DNA from: Pirellulales bacterium
GTDB lineage: Bacteria > Planctomycetota > Planctomycetia > Pirellulales > PALSA-1355
Assembly: GCA_963733035.1 (NCBI GenBank)
Contig: CAVTBU010000005.1
Location: 2,176,001-2,240,000, forward strand
Reading direction: 5' to 3'
Length of the DNA stretch: 64,000 bases
Below are positions 1 to 9,792 of the stretch, in pieces. The notes beneath the pieces were generated by a model. It ran no database searches. It had not been told where the DNA came from and worked only from the letters and a program-made list of their open reading frames with translations. How positions within the stretch are numbered: position 1 is the stretch's first letter; every line of letters starts with the position of its first letter. Both the position numbers and the translations under genes were made by a program.

Positions 1-141
1 GGGGTGCTGGTAGCTGGACGGGAAACGCAGCAATTGGTTTGCTACAATGCAGTTCGGGCTGGTTCTGCTCCCTGACGTGCAGCTGTGCCCTGGCCGCAAC
101 CGACCTCTGGCGCGCCATTTCCTCTTTTTTTGTTCCCACCT

Positions 142-167
142 TGAACTCCGCGCTCGGGCATCGCGTA
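142..167 (+). promoter_or_regulatory. Candidate ECF-sigma (autoregulatory) promoter TGAAC-N17-CGTA
   Basis: AAC (-35) and CGT (-10) elements typical of ECF promoters, ending 7 nt before the sigma ATG at 175. Confidence 0.4.
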
Positions 168-174
168 GTGACAA

Positions 175-822
175 ATGGATAAGGTCATAGGAAACTCGCC
201 AACAACGGAGGTTTCTGATCGGGCAGCCGTGTCCGATGAGGAGCTTTTGTTGGCCTACCGCGATCAGGCTGATCGAGACGCATTTACCCAGTTGGTACAT
301 CGCTACGAGCGGGAGCTGTATAGCTACCTGCGGCGCTACCTGGGGGACGCTCCGATGGCCGAGGACGTATTCCAGGCGACTTTTTTACAGATTCACCTGA
401 AATGCGATCAGTTCGAGGAAGGCCGCAAGTTTCGACCCTGGCTCTACACCATCGCAACGAACCAGGCCATCGACGCGCAGCGCCGCAACAAGCGGCACAA
501 GAACGTCAGCCTGGACCGCAATACCCGACCGGAGGGCTCCGATGACATCGGCACGTTGATGGACTTGTTGTCCAGCAACGAACCCGCCCCTGAACGCCGC
601 ATGGAAGCGACCCATGAACGCGATTGGGTCCGCAGTGCCGTCGAGGCACTCCCCGAAGGCCTGCGGCAGGCCGTTAACCTGGTTTACTACCAAGGCATGA
701 AATACCGCGAGGCTGCGGACATCCTCGATATTCCTGTGGGTACCGTAAAAAGCCGGCTGCATTCGGCGATTCTGAAACTCAATGAAGCCTGGATGCAAAA
801 CCACCCCCACGCCAACGATTAA
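175..822 (+). CDS. ECF RNA polymerase sigma-70 factor
   Basis: Region 2 (AEDVFQATF...FRPWLYTIATN) and region 4.2 (YREAADILDIPVGTVKSRLH). Confidence 0.95.
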   Translation: MDKVIGNSPTTEVSDRAAVSDEELLLAYRDQADRDAFTQLVHRYERELYSYLRRYLGDAPMAEDVFQATFLQIHLKCDQFEEGRKFRPWLYTIATNQAIDAQRRNKRHKNVSLDRNTRPEGSDDIGTLMDLLSSNEPAPERRMEATHERDWVRSAVEALPEGLRQAVNLVYYQGMKYREAADILDIPVGTVKSRLHSAILKLNEAWMQNHPHAND

Positions 823-831
823 GCTGAGAGT

Positions 832-1806
832 GTGAGTGCGATGCGAGAGAACCTGATCGGCTACTTGTTGAACGCGTTGGAACCGTCGGAGCAGGCGCTG
901 GTCGAGGCCCATTTGAGCCGCGACCCGCAGTTGAAACACGAATTGGACCTCCTGTCCCGGAGCCTGCAGCCGTTAGCCGCGGACCGTGCTGAACATGTTC
1001 CCCCGGTCGGGCTGGCGACGCGAACTTGCGAATTCATCAACGTGCAGACCAAGGTGACGCTTCCGCCTCCGGTGACGAGCGTGCCGGCACGTTGGTCGAT
1101 GGCGGATTTGGCGGTCGCGGCCGGAGTCTTTCTGGCGGCGACCTTGCTGTTTTGGCCCGCCATGAACCAGAGTCGCTTCGCCGCCAGAGTGCGCAGTTGC
1201 CAGAACAACCTGCGCCAATTGGGCGTGTCATTGAGCACCTACAGCCAGCATTATCCGGGGCAGTTCCCCACGATTGACGTCAACCACAAGCTCAGCCGAA
1301 GCGGCATCTACGCGGTGATCTTGCGCGAGCAAGGACTGCTCCCCGAAGCGCGGCTCGTCATTTGTCCTGCGTCGGATTTGGCTGAACGGAAGGACGACTT
1401 TAACGTCCCTACTTTCGATCAGTTGATGCGAGCCCAGGCCGAAAAGCTCAATGCTCTGCGAAAACAAATGGGGGGCAGCTATAGCTACAGCCTCGGATTC
1501 TACCAAGACGGCAGGTACCAACCGCCGAAAGATCGGCGTCGCGCGACACACGCGCTGATGGCCGACGCACCCAATCATCAAGCTCCGGACCGGTTCTCCT
1601 CGAACCATGGCGGATGCGGCCTGAACGTGCTGTTCGAAGATCTGCACGTGGGCTACATCACCACGTGCCGCACTCGGGGCTGCGGCGATCATATTTTCGA
1701 GAATCGGCTCGGCAAGCCTCACGCCGGCGTCGATCGGGACGACGTGGTCCTGGGTAGCAGTGACGCGACGCCAGTATTGGTTCCCGTCGCTTCGGATGCC
1801 CCGTAG
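832..1806 (+). CDS. Membrane anti-sigma factor with C-terminal DUF1559-like domain
   Basis: N-terminal LIGYLLNALEPSEQALVEAHL anti-sigma helix, one TM segment, CQNNLRQLG...NHGGCGLNVLFED; 9 nt after the sigma gene. Confidence 0.8.
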   Translation: MSAMRENLIGYLLNALEPSEQALVEAHLSRDPQLKHELDLLSRSLQPLAADRAEHVPPVGLATRTCEFINVQTKVTLPPPVTSVPARWSMADLAVAAGVFLAATLLFWPAMNQSRFAARVRSCQNNLRQLGVSLSTYSQHYPGQFPTIDVNHKLSRSGIYAVILREQGLLPEARLVICPASDLAERKDDFNVPTFDQLMRAQAEKLNALRKQMGGSYSYSLGFYQDGRYQPPKDRRRATHALMADAPNHQAPDRFSSNHGGCGLNVLFEDLHVGYITTCRTRGCGDHIFENRLGKPHAGVDRDDVVLGSSDATPVLVPVASDAP

Positions 1807-1836
1807 CAGCCCCACACCATCGTCAAAATCCTCCGC

Positions 1837-1867
1837 GGGCTCGCGATCAGCGCGAGCCCTTTTCTTT
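1837..1867 (+). terminator. Intrinsic terminator of the sigma/anti-sigma operon
   Basis: GGGCTCGCG-atcag-CGCGAGCCC followed by TTTTCTTT. Confidence 0.85.
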
Positions 1868-2050
1868 GCGTGCTGCATCTCGCGCCGCAATGCCATCCGT
1901 TGCCCGATGGCGACATTCGCCCGCGCCTGGTGATGCAATAATGCAACATCATGACCGCAAATTTTCCCGCTCCAGAGCGCCGGATCGGGACACGAAAACT
2001 TTACCGAGCCGTCATTTAAGTCGATCCACATATCTGCTCCGGCAACTCCC

Positions 2051-2066
2051 TGGCATCGACTTTGCG
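2051..2066 (+). promoter_or_regulatory. Sigma54 -24/-12 promoter
   Basis: TGGCATCGACTTTGCG (GG-N10-GC); imperfect palindrome TGATGCAATAATGCAACATCA at 1931-1951 is a candidate activator site. Confidence 0.65.
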
Positions 2067-2101
2067 ATCTTTCGCATGCCAAGGCAGGGCTTCTCTAGAG
2101 C

Positions 2102-2146
2102 CGGCTGCCAGAGCCTTGGTCCCCTCAGGCTCTGGTAGCCGTTTTT
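2102..2146 (+). terminator. Intrinsic terminator of a short leader or sRNA
   Basis: 15-bp stem CGGCTGCCAGAGCCT/AGGCTCTGGTAGCCG (one G-U pair) followed by TTTTT. Confidence 0.75.
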
Positions 2147-2214
2147 GCGCCCGTGTCCCGCACCGAATCCTTGTTCAACTTTCTCGGTGCCATCTTGCAA
2201 AACGGTCGCAGTCG

Positions 2215-3057
2215 ATGCACGCAGGCGAGTTGGTCGAAGTCGCGGGAATCGTGGCCTATCACGGCCCGCTGCTCATTGGCGGTGCGCGGGCGTTGTCACC
2301 CGGTCCGCTCGAACAGTATTGGGCCACGTCCAAGTGCCGCTGCGAAAACTGGAATCGAACGTTCAAGCAAACCGCGACGCCAACAGCGGACGGCAAACCG
2401 CTGGAATCGTCCGACCTCCGCATGCTCTTGGCAACGTTGGAGGAAATCTTCGTCAGTGAAATCCTGGTCCGAGTCTGGACGACCGTGCTCGTCGCTCACG
2501 ATCGCCGCCTGGGCGCGGGCATCGACGAACCCCTGGCCCGCAGCGTGTTCGACTCACATATGGAAGCCCGCCGTCGGGCACTCAAGCTTTTGCTGCGATC
2601 CAGCGCATTTACCACGCCACAGGCGGTGGCCATAAATCGCCTGCGTCGCCGATCCGAGCGCTGGAGCGATGTGCTGATCGGCGGGCTCCTGACTGCATGC
2701 GATCTTCCGGAGTTCGCTGTCGATGCCCAGCGTGCGGCTGACTTTGCCGACTCCCTTTCACGCCGTCAGAGTCAACCGGGCGGGCGGCACGCTTGGCGTC
2801 TGACGCTCGTTTCGCTGCGCAGCGCCTTTCGCGACGTTCTGGGCCAGCAAGCAGCCAACGCCGATGCCAATGCTCGCGTTACCGCTAGCATCCTGGGCTG
2901 TTTTCCCGGCGAACTTTTCGATTCGACCGGAATTCTGAAGTCGCTGTGGATGACGCGATTGTCGGCCGTTGCCAGCGATGCCCAGGGATTGATCACCGAC
3001 CTGCTCGGCGAAGCGACTCGGGTATCGGTCGAGGCGGTACGTCGCCGAAATCGCTAG
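2215..3057 (+). CDS. Hypothetical all-helical protein
   Basis: Long ORF with protein-like composition; ATG 2215 (MHAGELVEVAG) chosen as likely start. Confidence 0.75.
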   Translation: MHAGELVEVAGIVAYHGPLLIGGARALSPGPLEQYWATSKCRCENWNRTFKQTATPTADGKPLESSDLRMLLATLEEIFVSEILVRVWTTVLVAHDRRLGAGIDEPLARSVFDSHMEARRRALKLLLRSSAFTTPQAVAINRLRRRSERWSDVLIGGLLTACDLPEFAVDAQRAADFADSLSRRQSQPGGRHAWRLTLVSLRSAFRDVLGQQAANADANARVTASILGCFPGELFDSTGILKSLWMTRLSAVASDAQGLITDLLGEATRVSVEAVRRRNR

Positions 3058-3335
3058 GACCGGGTTTTGCAAGCTTGCTGCCCGCGCGAGCGGACGGCCG
3101 CATCGGCCAGACTCCTGGTCTGAGCTATCTGGCTCGACCCTCACCTCTGCCTCCCTTTCATGCTGCTAGCATCACCCGCATTCGCGGGGCGAACCTCTGT
3201 TGCCCCGTTTCCCTCCGCTCTGTACTCTATGGCCCCTTGATGAACGTGCAGCGACGTTGTCTATCGCGAGCGCGATCGAGCGGGCGGTTCACTGGGGCGA
3301 TCGATTTTTGTTTTGCCAGTGAGGATCGACGAAGT

Positions 3336-6300
3336 ATGCGAAATCACTACCAGTCGCATGGCCAATACTTCACGCGATTATTGATGCAACTCGCATGTGC
3401 GGCGTTCGTGGTCTGCACGGCAACCGCCAGTGCCAAGGAAGCCGAATGGATCTGGTCGCCCGCATTTGAGAAAGAACTCGCACCCGAGGGCGAGTGCTAC
3501 TTCCGCAAGACCTTCGAGTTAGGCATGCCCGAAACCGGCCAGGTGCAAATCGCCTGCGATGACAACTATGAGTTGTACGTGAACGGCCGCGAGGTGGGCA
3601 CTGGCTCGAACTGGAAGATGCTCGATTCGTACGACGTGACAAAATACCTCGTCGAGGGCACCAATACCGTGGCTGTCAAAGCCGTCAATGCCGAAGGCGG
3701 CTCTGCTGGACTCGTGGCCCGCGTCGTCGTCAAGCAGCAAGGCGGCACATATGTTGATCATTCGACCGACGCAACTTGGAAATGCGCGTTGAAGGAATTC
3801 GGCCAATGGCACAAGCCGCGGTTCGACGACGAGCAGTGGCTGGCCGCGCGCAGCTTTGGCCCACTGAATGCCACGCTGCCCTGGGGGAACGAGGTCACGC
3901 TGGCCGGTGAAAACGGCCGCTATCGCATCACACCCGAGTTTCACGTCGAGTGGGTCGTCGACCCTAAGGAAACCGGCTCGTTGATCTGTATGACTTTCGA
4001 CGAATTTGGACAGATCATCGCGGCCCGCGAAAATGGTCCGCTGGTGATCGTTCGCGACAGCGACCGCGATGGGCTGGTCGATACGGTTTCGCCGTTTTGC
4101 GATGAAATCAAGAATTGCCAGGGGCTTCTGGCCGTTAGTGGCAAGGTCTATGCCGTGGCGGACGGTCCGCAAGGCGCGGCTCTCTACCGACTCAGCGACG
4201 AAGATCAGGACGGCCGCATCGACCGCGTCGAGTCCGTGCTCAAATTCGGGGGAGAGATGGGCGAACACGGACCGCACGCGCTCACGCTGGGTCCCGATGG
4301 ACTGTTGTATATGTTGCTTGGCAACTTCACGCAATTGCAGAACAAGTTCGAGGCCACGAGCCCGTATCGCGACTTCTACGAAGGCGACCTGGTGACGCCG
4401 CGCTACGAAGACGCCGGCGGACACGCCGTCGGCATCAAGGCGCCCGGCGGCACCATCATTCGTACGGACACTTCAGGCACGGCCGTCGAGGCATTCGCCG
4501 GCGGAATGCAGAATCCGTACGACCTGGTCTTCAATCAGGACGGCGAGCTATTCACCTGTGACTCGGACATGGAATGGGACTCGGGTATGCCTTGGTATCG
4601 CCCGACTCGTTTAAACCACGTGGCGGCGGGCGGTGAATTCGGCTGGCGCAGCGGCTGGGCAAAGTGGCCCAGCTACTTCATCGACAGCCTGCCGCCCGCA
4701 ATGGAACTCGGGCGTGGCTCTCCGGCCGGCATGGAAGTTTACGACCACTTCATGTTCCCTGTCCGCTATCACAATACCTTGTTCGTGGCCGACTGGTCGC
4801 GGGGGCGGATCCTGGCGGTGCGAACGCGGCCGCACGGTTCCACCTACAAGGCCACGGCCGAAGTCTTTCTGGAAGGCCAGCCGCTGAACGCCACCGACTT
4901 GGCCATCGGCCCCGACGGTTGGCTCTATTTCTGCACCGGCGGCCGCGAGACCGAAGGCGGCATCTACCGCGTGGTGTGGGAAGGCAAAGTGCCGCCCGAA
5001 ATCATGCAACATGGACGCGGGCTCATGGCGGCCATCGAGCAGCCGCAAATCAACAGCGCCTGGGCGCGGCAGCGGATTGCGCTGGTAAAGCAACAGCTCG
5101 GCGACGATTGGGCGAAACAGCTCACCGCGTTCGTGCAGAACACCAAGAACAAGCCGCTCCAACGCGCACGCGCGCTCGACCTGATGCAATTGTATGGCCC
5201 TCATCCACAACCCTCGCTTTTGATCTTAGCCTCGCGCGACAAGTCGCCGGGACTGCGAATCAAGGCCATCACGCTAATGGGAATCAACCCCGACAAGACG
5301 ACGCAGACGCGTCTGAAGGAAATGCTGGCGGACAAGGACCTGGCCGTGCAACGTTCCGCGGCCGAAGCGCTAGCCCGCAGTGGCGGGACTGCGTCGGTGG
5401 CTGAACTGGAAGGTCTGCTCGGTTCGCCCGACCGTCACGTAGCCTGGTCGGCCGCACGGCTCCTGCAGGAAACTCCAGCGGGTACCTGGCGATCGCAGAT
5501 CCTTGAGCACGAGAACTCGCGCGTGTTCCTCGTCGGGGCCATGGCCTTGCTGTGGCAGTCACCCGACCGCGACGTGGTTGATCAGGTGCTGGCGCGGTGC
5601 CAGTCTCTGCTCGACGGCTACTTAGCCGACGACGACTTTATCGGCCTGTTGCGGATCATCCAGGTAGGGCTCATCAAGGGTGAAGTCAAACCCGACGAGG
5701 CCATTACCTTGCGGGTGAAGCTGTCGGCCGAGTACCCGGCTCAAGATGAACACATGAACCGCGAGTTGATTCGGTTGCTCGTCTATCTGCAGGATCCGAC
5801 GCTCGCCGAACGAATGGTCGAGCAATTGGCCACCGAGATGCCGAGCGTCGAGAAGATGCAAGTTCTCACCCACGCCCGCTTCCTCACAACGGGCTGGACG
5901 CTATCGCTCAAGCTCAAAATGCTCGAAGCATACGAGGAAGCCCGGCTGATCGAGGGCGGCCATAGCTTTGCGGGCTACATCGAAAACGTCTCCCGCGATT
6001 TCTTTGCGACGTTCAATGAAGATGAGCGGCGTTTGGTGCTGGCCGATGGCGTACGTTGGCCGACCAGCGCCTTGAGCGTGCTGGCGAAGCTGCCCAAGAA
6101 CCCCAGCCCCGAGACGTTGCGCGAGATTGAGCGGCTCGACCGCCAGGTCAAGAAACTCGATACGGAAGCGGCCAAGCGGCTGCGCATTGGCATTGCCGCG
6201 GTGCTCGGTGCCAGTGGCGATCCGGAGGCGATGGCCTATCTACGCGTGCTTTACGAAACCGAGCCGGACCGGCGGGTGCCGATCGCCATGTGCTTGGCGC

Positions 6301-7136
6301 AACGGCCCGACGGTGAAAACTGGCCGCTACTCGTGTCATCGCTTTCGATTGTCGAGGGCGCGGCTGCTCAGGAAGTACTGATGCGGTTGGCAAAGGTCGA
6401 CCAGACGCCCGACCGCGACAATGCGGAAGTCTATCGCCAGGCGATCATCCGCGGCCTAATGCTGCGCGAGAACGGCAGCCGTCGGGCCGTCGCATTGTTG
6501 GAAAAGTGGACGGGCGAGCAGCACGGTGCGCCGGAGGATCCTTGGGATCAAACGTTGGCCGCGTGGCAGAATTGGTTTGCCGAGAACTACCCAGACTCAC
6601 CTCCGGCCACATTGCCGCAGGACAGCGAAAAGAGCCATTGGACGTACCAAGAACTGCTGAGTTTCCTCACCGGGCCACAGGCCTCCGAAGGCGTGGCCGC
6701 ACGGGGAGCGGCAATTTTCGAGAAGGCACAATGCATCAAGTGCCATCGCCACGGCACGCGTGGCGACACGGTCGGTCCGGACCTGACCAACGTCAGCAAG
6801 CGCTTCCAGCGGAAGGAGATTCTGGAGTCGATTCTTTTCCCCTCGCAGGTTATCTCCGACCAGTATGGCAGTCAGACGATCGTGACGACCGACGGCAAGA
6901 CCTACTCCGGTCTGGTGGCACCCACGGGTGACGGCTCGTACGTCCTGCTGCAGGCCAGCGGCGAAAAGGTCACGATTCCGGAAGAGGAAATCGAACAGCG
7001 GGTCCGAAACAAAACTTCGGCGATGCCCGAAGGCTTGCTCAATGAGCTTACGCTCGATGAGATCGCCGACTTGTTTGCCTACCTGGCCGGTCCGCCTCGG
7101 CACGACGTGGCGCGACGGCCAACCCGAGATAACTAG
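3336..7136 (+). CDS. PVC-type heme-binding CxxCH protein (sugar-binding-like N-terminus, GSDH-like beta-propeller, HEAT repeats, cytochrome c)
   Basis: Signal peptide, EHGPH and NPYD propeller motifs, HEAT-like repeats, CIKCH + VGPDLT + SAMPEGL. Confidence 0.9.
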   Translation: MRNHYQSHGQYFTRLLMQLACAAFVVCTATASAKEAEWIWSPAFEKELAPEGECYFRKTFELGMPETGQVQIACDDNYELYVNGREVGTGSNWKMLDSYDVTKYLVEGTNTVAVKAVNAEGGSAGLVARVVVKQQGGTYVDHSTDATWKCALKEFGQWHKPRFDDEQWLAARSFGPLNATLPWGNEVTLAGENGRYRITPEFHVEWVVDPKETGSLICMTFDEFGQIIAARENGPLVIVRDSDRDGLVDTVSPFCDEIKNCQGLLAVSGKVYAVADGPQGAALYRLSDEDQDGRIDRVESVLKFGGEMGEHGPHALTLGPDGLLYMLLGNFTQLQNKFEATSPYRDFYEGDLVTPRYEDAGGHAVGIKAPGGTIIRTDTSGTAVEAFAGGMQNPYDLVFNQDGELFTCDSDMEWDSGMPWYRPTRLNHVAAGGEFGWRSGWAKWPSYFIDSLPPAMELGRGSPAGMEVYDHFMFPVRYHNTLFVADWSRGRILAVRTRPHGSTYKATAEVFLEGQPLNATDLAIGPDGWLYFCTGGRETEGGIYRVVWEGKVPPEIMQHGRGLMAAIEQPQINSAWARQRIALVKQQLGDDWAKQLTAFVQNTKNKPLQRARALDLMQLYGPHPQPSLLILASRDKSPGLRIKAITLMGINPDKTTQTRLKEMLADKDLAVQRSAAEALARSGGTASVAELEGLLGSPDRHVAWSAARLLQETPAGTWRSQILEHENSRVFLVGAMALLWQSPDRDVVDQVLARCQSLLDGYLADDDFIGLLRIIQVGLIKGEVKPDEAITLRVKLSAEYPAQDEHMNRELIRLLVYLQDPTLAERMVEQLATEMPSVEKMQVLTHARFLTTGWTLSLKLKMLEAYEEARLIEGGHSFAGYIENVSRDFFATFNEDERRLVLADGVRWPTSALSVLAKLPKNPSPETLREIERLDRQVKKLDTEAAKRLRIGIAAVLGASGDPEAMAYLRVLYETEPDRRVPIAMCLAQRPDGENWPLLVSSLSIVEGAAAQEVLMRLAKVDQTPDRDNAEVYRQAIIRGLMLRENGSRRAVALLEKWTGEQHGAPEDPWDQTLAAWQNWFAENYPDSPPATLPQDSEKSHWTYQELLSFLTGPQASEGVAARGAAIFEKAQCIKCHRHGTRGDTVGPDLTNVSKRFQRKEILESILFPSQVISDQYGSQTIVTTDGKTYSGLVAPTGDGSYVLLQASGEKVTIPEEEIEQRVRNKTSAMPEGLLNELTLDEIADLFAYLAGPPRHDVARRPTRDN

Positions 7137-7185
7137 CGACGGCAACGCCGCAGTCCTCGGCAGAATGCATGCGTGACGCCGGCAA

Positions 7186-8646
7186 CTAGGCGATTGTGTC
7201 ATGCGTCAGCGAAGACTCGGCAGTCTCGCTGTCGCGCGACGAATTGGCCGACATCGGCAGTCGCACGATGAACATCGCGCCATGTCCTGGTGTGCTATCG
7301 GCCGCGATCGCACCTCCGTGGGCAAGCACGATTGACTGGCATATGCTCAAACCCAGCCCGCTTCCACCGGCGAAGTTCTCGCGCTGCCGCGACTTGTCGC
7401 CTCGGTAAAACCGCTCGAAAATGTGCGGCAGGTCTTCGGGGTCGATTCCCATTCCGGTGTCGGTCACTCGAAGGACGGCCTGTTTCTGTTCATCATCGGC
7501 TCGCAGAGTGACCAGCACGTGTCCGCCGGCGGGGGTGAACTTCAGGCTATTGTCGATCAAATTATTGATCACCTGGCGCAGGCGGTCGGCGTCGCCGTCG
7601 ATCATCATCGGCTCACCGCCGCTGGCGGAAAATCGGACGTCCCGTTCCTCGGCAGCTCCCCGAAACATGTCGGCCGAGCGCTCGACAAGTTTGTCGAGCC
7701 GCACCGGACGCTTGGAAATTGGAAAACGCTGGCCGTCGGTTTCCGCCAGGAGCAGAAGCTGATTGACGAGCACCCGCAACTGGCCGCACTCGTCGGCAAT
7801 TTCGCCAAGCATTTCCTGGTAGGCCTCGACCGAACGTTCGCTGTTGAGAGTCACCTCGATCGCGCTCTGTACGGCGGCCAGGGGCGATCGCAATTCATGC
7901 GCCGCGTTGTCGACGAACTCACGGTGCCGCTCGAGGTAGTCGTGCAGCAGGTCCAAAAAACGGTTGATCGTCATCGAGAGCTTGTCCAACTCGTCACCGG
8001 TACCGCGAATGGGGAGCCGCTCTTTCAATTGGCTGGGACGCAGTCGCGCGGCGGTGGTGATAATCCGCCCCAAGGGGCGCGTGGCGCGGCCGGCCAGAAA
8101 ATATCCCAACAGTGGGGCCACGAATAGAATCACGATTCCCGCGGCCAACATCAGGCGGCTCAACTTGAACATGTCGTTTTGAATGCTCGTCAACGACGCG
8201 CCAACTTGGACCGTGAAATTCGGTAGCCGGCCCTTTTGTATTCGACGCGAAGCCACGCGAAAGCCGTCGATTGTCGTCAACAGGGGTCGGTCCGGTGCCG
8301 GCAGCGCCACGTCGCGCAGGCCGGGTGGCTCGCCCGTCTGAAACACGAGCCCGCCTTGCGCGTCGAGCAGTCGCACGAATAGCTGCCGGTCCAGGTGGCC
8401 GGATGCCTTGCGCCGCATTTCAGCCTTTATCTCGTCGAGGTCCGGATAGTAGCTCTCGACTGCCAAGACAACTTCCTGGGCGTCGTCGAGCAGCACGTGA
8501 TCATTTTCGTTCATCAACGCGAAACGTAAAGCTTCGCGCAGACCCAGCAGCGTGACCACGACGATTAGGAGCACCGCCGCGGTGTTCCACGCACTGAGAC
8601 GGAACCGCAGCGACTGAAATACTGACTTAAGCTGCTCGAAGCGCAT
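7186..8646 (-). CDS. Sensor histidine kinase (HAMP-HisKA-HATPase, CusS-like architecture)
   Basis: Two TM segments, H-box AAHELRSPL, N-box NLIDNSLKF, G-boxes DTGMGI and GSGLGL. Confidence 0.93.
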   Translation of the reverse strand: MRFEQLKSVFQSLRFRLSAWNTAAVLLIVVVTLLGLREALRFALMNENDHVLLDDAQEVVLAVESYYPDLDEIKAEMRRKASGHLDRQLFVRLLDAQGGLVFQTGEPPGLRDVALPAPDRPLLTTIDGFRVASRRIQKGRLPNFTVQVGASLTSIQNDMFKLSRLMLAAGIVILFVAPLLGYFLAGRATRPLGRIITTAARLRPSQLKERLPIRGTGDELDKLSMTINRFLDLLHDYLERHREFVDNAAHELRSPLAAVQSAIEVTLNSERSVEAYQEMLGEIADECGQLRVLVNQLLLLAETDGQRFPISKRPVRLDKLVERSADMFRGAAEERDVRFSASGGEPMMIDGDADRLRQVINNLIDNSLKFTPAGGHVLVTLRADDEQKQAVLRVTDTGMGIDPEDLPHIFERFYRGDKSRQRENFAGGSGLGLSICQSIVLAHGGAIAADSTPGHGAMFIVRLPMSANSSRDSETAESSLTHDTIA

Positions 8647-9337
8647 AGCCGCGCCCTCGGACGGTCTGGATGACGGAGCCTTCGTAGCCCTTGTCCAGTT
8701 TACCCCGCAGGCGGTTGATGTGCACTTCGATGACGTTTGTTGCCCCCTCCCAGTCCGTTTCCCAGAGATGTTCGCAGAGCATCCGCCGAGTGACAACTTG
8801 CCCCGCGTACCGCATGAGAAGTTCCATCATGCTGAATTCGGTGGGAGTCAGGTCGATGTCCTTGCCGTCACGCGTTACCCGCCGCGTGGTCAGATCGAGC
8901 GTCAGCGGACCGGCGTGCATCACCGCCGGCGGACGCGTCACCGTTCGGCGGCAAACCGCCTCGAGTCGGGCCATCAGTTCAACGAGTGCGAACGGTTTGA
9001 CAATGTAGTCGTCGGCACCGGCTTTCAGGCCGTCGACTCGCTCGTCGACCGAACCAAGCGCGGTGAGCACGATGACCGGCGTTTGAATGCCTTGCGTGCG
9101 GAGCTGGCGAAGCACTTCGAGGCCCGGACAACCAGGAAGCATCAGATCGAGGATGATCGCATCAAACTGTTGTCCGCTGGCTAGTTCCAGCCCTCGCTTC
9201 CCGTCCTTGGCCCACATGCACCCATGTCCCAATTCGGAAAGACCCTGCCTGAGGGTCTTCCCGATCAGCGGATCGTCTTCGATCACCAACAGTTCCAAGG
9301 TTTCGTTTCGGCAGGAAGTCGCCGCTCCAGGATTCAT
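8627..9337 (-). CDS. OmpR-family response regulator
   Basis: IEDD, DLMLP, GADDYIVKPF, winged helix TVRGRGY; overlaps kinase start; alternative start at 9352. Confidence 0.93.
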   Translation of the reverse strand: MNPGAATSCRNETLELLVIEDDPLIGKTLRQGLSELGHGCMWAKDGKRGLELASGQQFDAIILDLMLPGCPGLEVLRQLRTQGIQTPVIVLTALGSVDERVDGLKAGADDYIVKPFALVELMARLEAVCRRTVTRPPAVMHAGPLTLDLTTRRVTRDGKDIDLTPTEFSMMELLMRYAGQVVTRRMLCEHLWETDWEGATNVIEVHINRLRGKLDKGYEGSVIQTVRGRGYALRAA

Positions 9338-9701
9338 AGCACGATTCCCCATTCAAGTGTATGATCGCCATTTGGCGCGAAGTCGGGCACCAGTGCTGGG
9401 TTGCTTACAAATTCGTAATTAGGTGAACCATATTGATTTTACGCAGGCTACGGATCCGTGGCCAATTTGGACGACAACGGACAGGGGGATTCGATGCGGA
9501 CACCTCCCGAGGGGAACTCGTCCAAACGTTCTCCGTGCGGGTGTGCGGGGGTTGGAAGCGATCCGGGAAGCTAAGCCGAGAAGTCCTGGACAAATTAGTC
9601 TACAACCCTGCGGCAAAACGCAGGAGCAACCTGATTTCCCCCGGGGTCTGACCGCACGCAAAGGTGCGATGCCGCTGGGTCTGATTGCGCTGACGCCTCC
9701 C

Positions 9702-9730
9702 TCGCCGAAGGGTTTCTCCCCCGATATAAT
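9702..9730 (+). promoter_or_regulatory. Sigma70-type promoter for prfB
   Basis: TCGCCG-N17-TATAAT. Confidence 0.45.
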
Positions 9731-9792
9731 AGATCGCTTATGGCCGGATGCGAAGTTTATCCGCCCCCCTCTCCCCAGCAAGAAGTGCCATC

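Noticed and set aside
9600..9690. GGCAAA...ACGCAAAG...GGTCTGA resembling a c-di-GMP-I riboswitch
   Set aside because: Spacing and stems do not fit the consensus by eye; needs an Infernal search.
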